From Octopus bimaculoides (Eukaryota): a stretch of DNA of 62,174 bases. Below, piece by piece: positions 13,750-25,010 of the stretch (position 1 is the first letter of the stretch; each line of letters begins with the position of its first letter). Location of the stretch: assembly GCF_001194135.2 (NCBI RefSeq), contig NC_068986.1, positions 101,645,200-101,707,373 on the forward strand, in the 5' to 3' direction. The translations under genes were made by a program, and so were the position numbers. The notes beneath the pieces are model-generated. The model was not told the origin of the DNA. It made no database searches and saw only the letters and a list, made by a program, of their open reading frames with translations.

Positions 13750-13882
13750 GCAAAACAGCTGTACACCATAGAAAGCAAAACAGCTGGACACCATAGAAGG
13801 CAAAACAGCTGTACACCATAGAAAGCAAAACAGCTGGACACCATAGAAGGCAAAACAGCTGTGCACCATAGAAGGCAAAACG
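13750..13882. repeat. 25 bp minisatellite, five units plus a partial sixth, with A/B alternation
   Basis: A=GCAAAACAGCTGTACACCATAGAAA and B=GCAAAACAGCTGGACACCATAGAAG in order A,B,A,B, hybrid variant, partial. Confidence 0.97.
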
Positions 13883-13947
13883 GCCATATGTGAGATTTGA
13901 AATGGAAAGGATTTAACTAATTTCCATAGTAATTTGGTATTTTCACA

Positions 13948-14075
13948 GATGGGGCGAGTCAGCACATGGTGGAAATGTTTGCTGGCATTTCCTCTAGCTC
14001 TCTGCATTCTGAATTCAAATTCTTCTGAGGTCAGAATTGCGTTTCATCTCTACGGGGTCGATGAAAACAAGTACC
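13948..14075 (+). mobile_element. SINE family B fragment
   Basis: GGGGCGAG...AAATG...GCATTTC...TTCAAATTC...GAGGTC...TTTCATC...CGGGGTCGATGAAAACAAGTACCA. Confidence 0.7.
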
Positions 14076-14278
14076 ATTTAAATGATCACGCCATTGTGAA
14101 CATTTTTACCTTCGATTCAAAGTTGCAGGACCTCAACATTGCAACGGACCGGTGTTCCTTTGAAGGGAATGTTGTTACCTACACGTCACCTACATATCAC
14201 ACAAACCCGCCTTACGAAACCTAATACTAACAAAATAAGATAGAAAAGAGAGAGACAATGTGTGCATGTGTAAGTGAC

Positions 14279-14321
<43 letters not shown>

Positions 14322-14509
14322 AAGAGAGAGAGAGAGCAAGAAAGAAAAAAATATTCGCTGCCCAAAACAAATAATAGTGGTTTCAGACAGACAAGGTCTT
14401 CTACAATTTCACTGGAAGATAGACACAAAACAACTGAGTTATGAAACGTTGTATTAAATCCGATCAATTTTGGTATTGATTTCTAGACAACAAATGTGAG
14501 GAACAATTG

Positions 14510-14626
14510 CAGTCGGTTGTATCGATCCCAGTACTTGTCTAGTACTTTAATTTATCGATTCCGGTAGGATGGAAGCAAAGGTATTTTTGGAGGGATTCTG
14601 TCCGACTTTCTAACGATTCTGCCAAC
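14510..14626 (-). mobile_element. SINE family B fragment
   Basis: Reverse complement shows TGGCAGAATCGTTAG head and TCGATAAATTAAAGTAC...CTGGGATCGAT body. Confidence 0.65.
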
Positions 14627-14720
14627 ACAATAATTTTCTTACTAAAATCATTCATTACTAATTCAGTCTCTCAATCACACATTCAGCGTGTGTGTCTCTT
14701 TCTTATATATATTTAGTATA

Positions 14721-14764
<44 letters not shown>

Positions 14765-15615
14765 NNNNNNNNNNGTGTGTGTGTGTATGTGTGTGTGTGT
14801 GTGTGTTCCAATATGAAATAGAAGCAGCATTAGTGTAACAGACATTATCGACCACATATACTTAACGTATATGCATAGTCTATTTGCCGGTAAGCTATTA
14901 TCTGGCGTGGGAAAGAATACGCTCTCAAAGCACCAGGTGTTAAAATATCTGAAGAACATGGACAGACGAGATAACCCGTCCATCACTCCTAAGTGTGATT
15001 AATGCCGGGATATCTCACCTGCCCATGACTTTCACGTGTTGTAACAACCTGCACTTTGATTGATTATTTTCCGCCAGTCCAAATCTCAGCCTACCGGTAA
15101 ATATATATGCGTTTCCTAATGAGATTATATATATATATACACACACACAAACAAACAGTGGAAGTGACGAATGTGCTTGTGCTTTACAGACAACAAAGTA
15201 ATGTTCAAACGCAGTACAGGAGAGAAAGACTGGGTATTTACCTTTATAATACGCACGAAAATAAGTTGCCAGCTGGTAGCTACGGGAGTCGAACCTGTAC
15301 CCTTCAAATTCCGGTTGAGTGCTCTACTATTAAACTAAACGGCTTCTGACAAAAATGACCATTAATATTAATTCTGCATTACAACTTCCCGAATACAATA
15401 TTTCATAAAGAAATGTTTGAAGCGTCGAATATATCGGTGTCTTACACACAAGGAAGTAAATATCGAACGTAGTATAGATGTAAGAACGACAAAGAAAGAT
15501 TGGGGATTTACCCAAAATAAGACAAAGAAATGTTGCGAAAAGGAATCTACGGGTGTCGAAACCTAACCCTTAGATAACAGGTGATTGCTCTATCATTCAG
15601 CTGCATGTATAAGCA

Positions 15616-15770
15616 ACGGGCTTCTTTCACATTCCGTATATCAAATCCACTCACAAGGTTTTGGTTCGCCCTCCCTTTTAGCAAAAGACATTTGCCAAAG
15701 ATGTTACGCGATGGGACTGATCTCGGAAACATGTGGTTTGGAAGCAAGCTTCCTACCAGAGATCCACTCC
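15616..15770 (-). mobile_element. SINE family C, 5' half
   Basis: ACGGGCTTCTTTCAC.TTCCGT...AAATCCACTCACAAGG...GGGACTGA...CATGTGGTTTGGAAGCAAGCTT matches other C copies. Confidence 0.85.
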
Positions 15771-15796
15771 CCTCTCTTTCACATACATACATACAT

Positions 15797-15828
15797 TTAT
15801 ATATATATATATATATNNNNNNNNNNAC

Positions 15829-15900
<72 letters not shown>
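15797..15900. repeat. Compound (TA)n/(CA)n/(TA)n microsatellite with 10-N gap
   Basis: Direct reading. Confidence 0.95.
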
Positions 15901-15905
<5 letters not shown>

Positions 15906-16540
15906 GGAATACATAAAATGGGACAAGAACTGAAAACATCCAGACAGCTAGATGATACAAAAAAAGAATATGAAAAAAAATGAACAGGTGATTCGAAGTT
16001 ATCTTTCCTCCGTCGAGTTCCAGATTATCTTTGCACTTTCGGCTGTTTCTACTCGAGATTGCTCCAATCTTGCCCGCCCCATGTTAAAACTAATCTAATA
16101 TATTAAACAACATTTGTGCCTAAGGTCTCGTGCAAAAGCAACTATCAAACTACGGTGGCAGCGCAAGTTACACTCTGGTATCAAAGGGCCAATTTTCCTA
16201 ACCCCAAAATACTTTCTTTCACTAATATTTAAGAGAACATACATTTGGTATGTTTCTCTGTGTGCATCTTCATATGTATACCAAACTAGTTGAGACATAG
16301 GTACAAAGTTAATTGCAGAATAAAACCGTTAGGTCATCGAATCAAAAAGCCGTAGCCTACCAATGACCACAGATAAGATGTACAACATAGACCACAAAAC
16401 CAAATTAGTAAAAGGAAGTTAAAATTTTTAAACATAAGAATAAAAATCGATTAAAAATACAATAGAATAATATAAATAAATAAACTGCGATTAAAAAGTT
16501 GATTAAAATATTAGAGACCGGTACAAATACAGTAGAATAA

Positions 16541-16576
<36 letters not shown>

Positions 16577-16580
16577 AAAA

Positions 16581-16643
16581 TATAGAGAAAAAAATAATAC
16601 ATATGGGAACGTAGCACAACAGTTCATTCGCTGAGGCCAATAG
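16581..16643 (-). repeat. Left arm of inverted repeat pair (partner 19274-19337)
   Basis: Reverse complement CTATTGGCCTCAGCGAATGAACTGTTGTGCTACGTTCCCATATGTATTA...CTCTATA differs from the partner by 3 substitutions and 1 indel; (TA)n lies just outside. Confidence 0.92.
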
Positions 16644-18900
16644 GGAAGACCTCGAGAGCTTCGTTGCCAGGCTGCCACGCCTATCGGGGCCGGATGCGGA
16701 GGCTTGTGAGGGACCGATCACGACTAAGGAGATAATCGAGGCGTTGGCGAAATGTGGGAGGGACAAATCGCCGGGACTCAATGGCCTACCCTATGGGTAG
16801 GACCATCCAGGATAATCTCCACCTTATACGCTATACCATAGAGAGGTTTGGGGCTAAGACTGACATAGGGAGGGGGGGCTTTGGTGCATTTAGACCAAGC
16901 TAAGGCTTTCGATAGGGTCGACCAGCGATACCTGGTGAGTGTTCTTGCGGGGTTTGGCTTGCGCCTCGGTTTCTTCAGATGGATCATTCAGTTGTACCAT
17001 AACATCGACTCGATAGTTGGGGTGAACGGTTTTCTTTCTAAGCCGTTCTGCATCAAGCGTTCGGTTCGTCAAGGGTCTCCACTCTCTCCGCTTTTGTACG
17101 TGGTGGCTCTCGACCCGCTGCTGAGAAAGCTGAGAGAGATCCCGAGAGCGCCGGGCTTGGAGGAGTTTGTTACAGCGTATGCGGACGACATCACCATCAG
17201 CGTGACCTCAACGACACGCTTGCGTAAAGTAGAAGAGGTTGTTGAGGAGTACGACACGGTGGCAGGAGCAAAGATTAATCGGGATAAGTCAGTCGGCTAG
17301 CAACTCGGCACCTGGAGGGGCAAATCGATGCCTTCGGATAGCGTCGTAGGACGCTGGACGGAGGTACCGGTTAAGTTGCTGGGGGTTTGGTTCGGTCCAG
17401 ACCTCCAGGTGGAGAAGAACTGGGCAGAGGTATCGAGCAAGATAGCCAGCATAGCCAAGAGATGGTCTTGGCGAAGGCTATCATTGAAAGGGAGGGCGGA
17501 GGTAGCCAATGTGTTTATCGCATCGGTGATTACCTACCGCCTGACCGTCGTGCCCTGCCCTGATTCGTGCTTGACCAAGTTGGAAAGACAGCTCTTTCAC
17601 TTTTTGTGGAGGGGTTCGAAGCCACTTGTTAGACGCTCTATCAGTTGTCAGAAAGCGTTAAAAGGAGGTTTAGGGATGCCTTGNNNNNNNNNNNNNNNNN
17701 NNNNNNNNNNNNNNNNNNNNNNNNNNNNNNNNNNNNNNNNNNNNNNNNNNNNNNNNNNNNNNNNNNNNNNNNNNNNNNNNNNNNNNNNNNNNNNNNNNNN
17801 NNNNNNNNNNNNNNNNNNNNNNNNNNNNNNNNNNNNNNNNNNNNNNNNNNNNNNNNNNNNNNNNNNNNNNNNNNNNNNNNNNNNNNNNNNNNNNNNNNNN
17901 NNNNNNNNNNNNNNNNNNNNNNNNNNNNNNNNNNNNNNNNNNNNNNNNNNNNNNNNNNNNNNNNNNNNNNNNNNNNNNNNNNNNNNNNNNNNNNNNNNNN
18001 NNNNNNNNNNNNNNNNNNNNNNNNNNNNNNNNNNNNNNNNNNNNNNNNNNNNNNNNNNNNNNNNNNNNNNNNNNNNNNNNNNNNNNNNNNNNNNNNNNNN
18101 NNNNNNNNNNNNNNNNNNNNNNNNNNNNNNNNNNNNNNNNNNNNNNNNNNNNNNNNNNNNNNNNNNNNNNNNNNNNNNNNNNNNNNNNNNNNNNNNNNNN
18201 NNNNNNNNNNNNNNNNNNNNNNNNNNNNNNNNNNNNNNNNNNNNNNNNNNNNNNNNNNNNNNNNNNNNNNNNNNNNNNNNNNNNNNNNNNNNNNNNNNNN
18301 NNNNNNNNNNNNNNNNNNNNNNNNNNNNNNNNNNNNNNNNNNNNNNNNNNNNNNNNNNNGCCGAGTCAATCATAAAAATTGACCCGCCAAGTTTGTTATC
18401 AAACGAAGGTAAGAAATGTTTCCTCGTTACATTACAATAGCAGTAGCGAAAGAGGTAGTGTGGAAGACTAGAACGGAAGAAATCAAGACAGTCACTTTTA
18501 TCTCCAGCCAAAACATGGTAAGATATTTTTCTTTTCATTTGAAAAGAAAGATACGGCTGGAGAGAAAGTGTTTGTCGGAGAAAGTGTTTCGATCTAGATG
18601 GAAACATGTCACACGAGAGTTTCGAGTGAAAGAGAGCAATTGAATACGCCATAAGTGTCTTCAAAAGTGTCAGTGGTGGGATGGAGCTCGTGGGGTCGGA
18701 GCGAAACCCAGTCCCCCAATTCATTGTTCTATGTGCGTTTTTGTTTTTGTATACCATTCGATTTAAACCGATTTTCATTGTAATTTTTTATTGCTAAATT
18801 TTTTATTTTACGTCGATTTTATTGTGTAACCATATTTTTATTTGACCCCAAATCAGATGTATTGTCCCTTCTATGTTTCGCCCCTTGTGGGTAATAAAGA
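16644..18900 (+). mobile_element. 5'-truncated L1-superclade (Tx1-like) non-LTR retrotransposon: disrupted ORF2 RT and C-terminus plus 3' UTR
   Basis: Motifs EGPITTKEIIEAL..CGRDKSPGLNGLPY, GRTIQDNLHLIRY, LDQAKAFDRVD, VRQGSPLSPLLY, AYADD, LLGVWFG, GGLGMP. Lesions: deletion junction at 16795/16796, +1 frameshift in the G7 run near 16872, TAG at 17298-17300, frameshift near 18430. 676-N gap at 17684-18359. ORF ends TGA 18641-18643; tail ends GTAATAAAGA at 18900. Tx1 subclade is from recalled motif style and less certain than L1-like RT. Confidence 0.9.
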
Positions 18901-18944
18901 GATCAATTTTTTTGACTAGTGACTTCGCTGATGTGTGTCTTTTT

Positions 18945-19027
18945 TATCCTGAAGAAGTGGTTATCACTAATTAGTGCTCTATTGTGCCCTAAATACGGTG
19001 ATATACCCCCGAATAGGCCATAGGTGT
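18945..19027 (+). ncRNA. Degraded hammerhead-like motif
   Basis: CTGAAGA (18949-18955)-AGT-GGTTATCAC ... GTGATA(T)ACC-CCC-GAA-TAGGCCATA. Long stem II is present, but GAAA lacks one A and stem I is weak (TATC/GGTG with two wobbles). Confidence 0.3.
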
Positions 19028-19273
19028 TCTGTGTTTGTATTCCACCTATAATTGTAATCCACTGTAAATGATGTTTATGGTTTGACTTTACTGATGTTAC
19101 CCGCGGAATGGCGAAATATAGATTTTACTTTGCCACACATTGGATGTTCTGTTGTTGTTTTGTCCCGTGCACTTCGGTATTCCTGTTTATGAAATTGGAT
19201 TTTACCTACTAAATTTGGTCATGAGGGAGATAGTTGAACTTTCGTACTATTTATCTTGAACTTCTTTTATTGG

Positions 19274-19337
19274 CTATTGGCTTCAGCGAATGAACTGTTG
19301 TGCTACGTTTCCCTATGTATTATTCTTTTTCTCTATA
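19274..19337 (+). repeat. Right arm of inverted repeat pair (partner 16581-16643)
   Basis: See partner; followed by (TA)n and a 700-N gap (19357-20056). Confidence 0.92.
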
Positions 19338-20056
19338 CTTATATATATATATATATNNNNNNNNNNNNNNNNNNNNNNNNNNNNNNNNNNNNNNNNNNNN
19401 NNNNNNNNNNNNNNNNNNNNNNNNNNNNNNNNNNNNNNNNNNNNNNNNNNNNNNNNNNNNNNNNNNNNNNNNNNNNNNNNNNNNNNNNNNNNNNNNNNNN
19501 NNNNNNNNNNNNNNNNNNNNNNNNNNNNNNNNNNNNNNNNNNNNNNNNNNNNNNNNNNNNNNNNNNNNNNNNNNNNNNNNNNNNNNNNNNNNNNNNNNNN
19601 NNNNNNNNNNNNNNNNNNNNNNNNNNNNNNNNNNNNNNNNNNNNNNNNNNNNNNNNNNNNNNNNNNNNNNNNNNNNNNNNNNNNNNNNNNNNNNNNNNNN
19701 NNNNNNNNNNNNNNNNNNNNNNNNNNNNNNNNNNNNNNNNNNNNNNNNNNNNNNNNNNNNNNNNNNNNNNNNNNNNNNNNNNNNNNNNNNNNNNNNNNNN
19801 NNNNNNNNNNNNNNNNNNNNNNNNNNNNNNNNNNNNNNNNNNNNNNNNNNNNNNNNNNNNNNNNNNNNNNNNNNNNNNNNNNNNNNNNNNNNNNNNNNNN
19901 NNNNNNNNNNNNNNNNNNNNNNNNNNNNNNNNNNNNNNNNNNNNNNNNNNNNNNNNNNNNNNNNNNNNNNNNNNNNNNNNNNNNNNNNNNNNNNNNNNNN
20001 NNNNNNNNNNNNNNNNNNNNNNNNNNNNNNNNNNNNNNNNNNNNNNNNNNNNNNNN

Positions 20057-20096
<40 letters not shown>

Positions 20097-20560
20097 TCTT
20101 TGAGCGGATTGGTATGTATAATTCTACGAGTGGATTTTCCTAAAGGAGGCTTAATTTCTGGAATGCTTTACATTACACTAAGATTCATAAATTACCTGTA
20201 ATTAATATTTCTTAATTCAGAGTGACATTTTTGTTTCTCTAAGTTCAGTTTCTCACGATCACTACAGAGTGAATTAGTAACACATCAAACTGCATATCGC
20301 CAGAATTGACTATAAAATGTATCGTCATTGTTACAATTAAGACACTGACTCAAATACTTAGCAAATAGGACAACGTCTTTAGCGGTATTACTTCCGTTTC
20401 TCAAATACCTACGAAGCTAAATTTACCTCTAAAATGTGTGCCATTTAAGGAGTTAAATCACTGTAATTGATATATCTCTTACAATTTCAAGAAGTGTGCC
20501 AAAATGCTTAACTATTATTAATCATACTTTTCTATTATCATCATTATCATTATTATTTGA

Positions 20561-20816
20561 AAGCGGCGAGCTAGCAGAATTGCGAGCACACCAGGCAAAA
20601 TGCTTAGCTGCATTTCACTCGTCCTTAGGTTGTAGGTTCAAATTCCGCCCAGGACGAGTTTGCTTTTCATCCTATCGGAGTCGGTTCAATAAATAACATT
20701 GAAGCACTGGGGACGATGAAATAAATACCACTGAAACACTGAGGTCGATGTAATCGACTGGTCCCCCACACCTCAAATTTCAGGCCTTGTGCCTTAAATA
20801 GAAAGGATTATTATTA
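20561..20816 (+). mobile_element. SINE family B, near full length, with internal duplication
   Basis: tRNA-like head with A-box-like TAGCAGAATTG and B-box-like GTTCAAATTCC; duplicated CACTG(G/A)GG(A/T)CGATG module; tail CAGGCCTTGTGCC...GAAAGGATTATTATT; ATT/ATC-rich flanks on both sides. Confidence 0.88.
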
Positions 20817-23267
20817 CTATCATTATTATAACTCGTAATTGCTCTCTAATAGTGGGCAGTACCAGTAATAAAACAGGCTTTGATCCACTTCTAATTAATT
20901 ACGGATTTTCAAACGAAGTAAAAAGAAATCATTTAAAGAAAAACTGCCGTAAGAATCATAAAATAAATGAAGCATGACTAAAAGAAATTTAGATTATTTT
21001 CTTTTATTTTTCATCTTGGAAGAAAATGGAAGAAAGTGCAATTAGTAAATTGCAAAGTGAACGAATATAGTCAAGAAATTTGTCGTGTAGCAGTCGACAT
21101 CAACATTGAAAGGTTAAGTACTTGCCTCCGAAAATGGAATTATTCAATTAGTAAATGACAAGAAGAGTCGGTAGAAGCAGGATCCTCAGAGTATGTGATG
21201 AATGCGTATAAATAAGGTTATGGCAGCGAGAGAAGGTTTGAAGTTTTGATGTTAGAACAATATTGATAATGTTAGAATACTTTATGTATTTGATTAAGAA
21301 GAGAAATAACCCCTGCAAGGAAACGGTCCAAATACACATCAGCATCCCATACTAGAACGAGTACGAAACTTATAAATATGATGAAAATATTTTGGGGAAA
21401 AGATAATGACGAGCTCTTTACAGATAACCGGATTTCATAGCCACAGTTTAAAAAATAGGGCAAATATAATCACTACATATAAAATATGTAGACAAATGTA
21501 AAGCTTAAAAACGAAAACAAAAAGTCAGGAAGAATAGTATCTAACATAGAATAAGGGGAAAATATCAGAGTTCTTGTAACGATTAAACACAGTATCATCA
21601 GGTTTATAGTTTACTTTTACGATATCATCACGTCTTTTGGACTACAGATGTTCATGTCTGAGATCATTGTCTATCTTGTGACACCCCCCCACACACACAC
21701 ATTGTTATTCAACTATATGTAGGCGATGCATGCTTTCTCCTTAGGGTCAACTTACCTACTCCTATCATGTTATTTGACACCGATATGACAACAGGATCCA
21801 CGGACGCGCTTCAAAGTTTACTAGTGAGGAGATACTGTGGACGTGCTATGATGTGACATTGAAAGATTCTTTATGCTGATATCAATCATATTCCCTCTTG
21901 TTTTTGTTTTTTAGATCAGATTTCAAAAACATTGGCTTCAATTTTATCTAGTGTCAAAATAAGGATCATAAATGTACAAGATTTAATATGCAGATGGCTC
22001 CAAAAACCTTATTTTTAAATTCTAGTATGAAATTTACCGGTTACTTCTTTTATATAACATGTGTTGTCATAGGACATATTTTCATCTGTGCTTCATGAAT
22101 GGCAGAACGATAGTTGATATTGGAAAATACAATTGTAGCTAAGTAAACATGCAGAGTTTTCCTGTTTATAATCAGGTAGAAATATTTTATCGTACATTCC
22201 GATCTACTTTGAGAATGTCATAAATACATTCTTATATATATACTTTCAGAATGTCGTAACCAGATGAAGATACATTTCTGAACCGTTCATAGCCTTGAAG
22301 TATATTTTAAGGCTGATCACAGGGAAACTGTCTTGGGTTTTTATATCTATTTTTATGTGTCATAAACAATGAAACAAAGATAAGAGTGCCTGTATAATTC
22401 AGATATCTTCTCACAGTTCATTACAAAAACAAAGACATCATAATTACATGTGATATCAAATCTTAGGATGGTATCCCGTCACGAGGCCAGATTATATTTA
22501 GTGCCAATTATTGTTTCTGGAATTCACTAAACTGAAATGTCTGTAACATACACTAGTAGGAAACAGAACCGAGGTCTTCATTTAATCCAGTCAAACTTGT
22601 AACCAGATTCTTTTCATGCCGTCACAAATTTGAAGTTTTATTGATTACGTATTGCTTAGCACATCCCAACCTCATTCGTCTCTGGTTCCTTATTCGGGTA
22701 ACAGAACATTGTTAATAGCTCTGAGATCGTAGATGAATAGTTTGTGATAAATAGTACAGAATGTATCTATGAATTTCTCACCAGAATATCGTAGTATGCT
22801 TGTATCTAGTATGTTTGAGTGTGCGCACGCACGTACACACATATGCGCACACGCATACATACACGTATACATACATGCATACATATTGACAGACAGACTG
22901 TTAGATAGATAGATAGATAGAAAAATAGATAGAAACAGGAGAGAGAGAGAAAAAAAAATAAGGTATAAAAATGCTATACATGCAAGCCAATTGTTCAAAC
23001 CATCAACGTTTAGAAAAAAGTAGGAAAACAAAATACAGAGAGGTAAATAAAGTAAGATATAAATAGTCACCAAACCAGATTTGGAGAGGTCAAACAACTA
23101 TATACATATATACTAAGGCAGATAAGATCCGCCAGAATCGATCAGTTGTTTAGATAGAAGGATGGAAATGTATAAGAGGGAAATGTAGATACAGATATCT
23201 AGATTAGAGTGTAGCTGTATGACTAGATAGCAAGATACGGAGACGAATGTATATCGATAAATATTTA

Positions 23268-23308
<41 letters not shown>

Positions 23309-24133
23309 TTATGGATAGAGAGACGGATGTATGGGTGGATAAATAGATAAAGAGATTGACAGCTAATGGAACAACAAAATGATAAAACCGATAGACAAAT
23401 ATCTTAGTAGACTAAATAGATAGGTAGATGCTTTTTGGTGGGGAGATGAAGAGACAAAAAGAGAGATGGAGTTATGAATATGAAATGCTAAAATTCAAAA
23501 TGTTAACACATTAACAGAATCCGAGGGATAAAAAATATGGAGAGGACAGCGATGTGAATAGATTTGGGTCATGATTGGCAGCGATTCACTGGTTAGTTAG
23601 TTGCTTGAATTATCTTCGGAGAATGTGACCGAATTCTTCGTTTGGTTGCTTTACAGAGGAAGAAAAAAAAAAAAAAACGGAACGGCGACTAGAGAATATC
23701 AGCAGGGGCTGTGTGTTGCAGGGCATGTTGTCGTATAGTATGAGTAGTATGGTCTGATAATGTGTAGTTTGATGAAGTATGCTTTGATAAGGATTACTGA
23801 GGCACTGCGAAGACAGATGATACTATAAAGCAAGTCATATCATAACTGCTTGTAATATCTACTAGACAAGATGTAAACAGAAAGCGTACAGCCTTTCTAT
23901 AGCAACGAGAAATCTATGCATATCGACAAACACGGGTACAACTCAAACATGTGTTTTATTTATCTATTTGTTTACAGGAATTTATAAGTACGTGTATATA
24001 TGTTTTTTGTGTTGTTGCATTTCAGTACCAGATTAATTCCGATTGAGGAGACTTACAATTAAAGACAGTCCGGTTACGACCATCCTCCTTAATGCTGTTC
24101 TAAATCTCCTAGGTTTCCTTTCATTTTAACAAC

Positions 24134-24195
24134 GAATATGATTTGAGGGAGATTTAACTGGCATTGCTAGCAGGTCCAGTGACTACGTAACGGCC
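24134..24195 (+). repeat. Short dispersed repeat family F (~60 bp)
   Basis: GATTTGAGGGAGATTT..CTG...T.CTAGCAGGTC.AGTGAC.ACGTA; similar copies near 11062 (-), 13193, 29722, 41649, 42632, 50048 and 55535. Confidence 0.7.
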
Positions 24196-24942
24196 TTTAT
24201 ATGTTACTCTTATTTTTTTCTTTAGCTCCAGGACAGGACTGGCCGAGGAGTACTTTACTAAAAAGAGATAGGCTATCCAGTCATGACTTACCACTTAATG
24301 TTAAAGCAAGCAAAGTGTATGTTATTCAACTAGACCGCTTTGAAGACAAAATAATCAAAATAAATTAAGGGGTGTCCTCCTCTCTTTCTCTCTCTCGCTC
24401 TCACTTGTTTCTATCTCTGGAAAATAAAAATAAAACGTTGTTTTTTTAAGTTAATATTCTACAAACTTGCGAGTTTAAGTGTTTCACTGTCTGAGAATTT
24501 ATGGTTCATTTTTTTTTTTTTTTTGTATATATGTGAATAGATTCTTCTGTTTTAAATGAATTTTCTTCAACAGAAACACCTAAGTATTAAATAAAAGCAT
24601 CAAAAACAGAAACACCTAAGGGATAAGAGATCCAGTTACCAATAAAGTAGGTGATTGTTCATTATAAAAGTACAAGTGAACGAGTGAGTGTTTCCGCTAC
24701 GCAGGCCCATGTGCTTGTGGGCTGACACGTTATTTACCACCATGAAATCATAGTTCTTAAATTCAATGGAAAAGAAAAAGATTGATATTTTGTGAAATCA
24801 GTCAACACACATATCGTGAAAATAAGGTGTGGGTTCGATTCTCACACGTGCTAATGCATTTTCCCCCCGTTACTTATATGCTAATATTAGACTATTTCCT
24901 AAAGTCGATATATAGTGTTAACTCATAATTCTGTTTACAATA

Positions 24943-24943
<1 letters not shown>

Positions 24944-25008
<65 letters not shown>
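24944..25008. repeat. (TA)n microsatellite
   Basis: Direct reading. Confidence 0.98.

Positions 25009-25010
<2 letters not shown>

Noticed and set aside
13750-13882. CRISPR-like array
   Set aside because: Units are contiguous with no unique spacers; eukaryotic context and no cas genes.
14949-14990. CTGAAGA followed by an ATGGAC/GTCCAT stem
   Set aside because: No GAAA after the stem, so not a hammerhead.
16057-16080. CCAAT plus GC-box (CCCGCCCC)
   Set aside because: An isolated motif pair expected by chance in 62 kb; no other promoter evidence.
17641-20201. Long ORFs of 240-376 aa in the track
   Set aside because: Mostly X from N-gaps; only the LINE-derived flanking residues are real.
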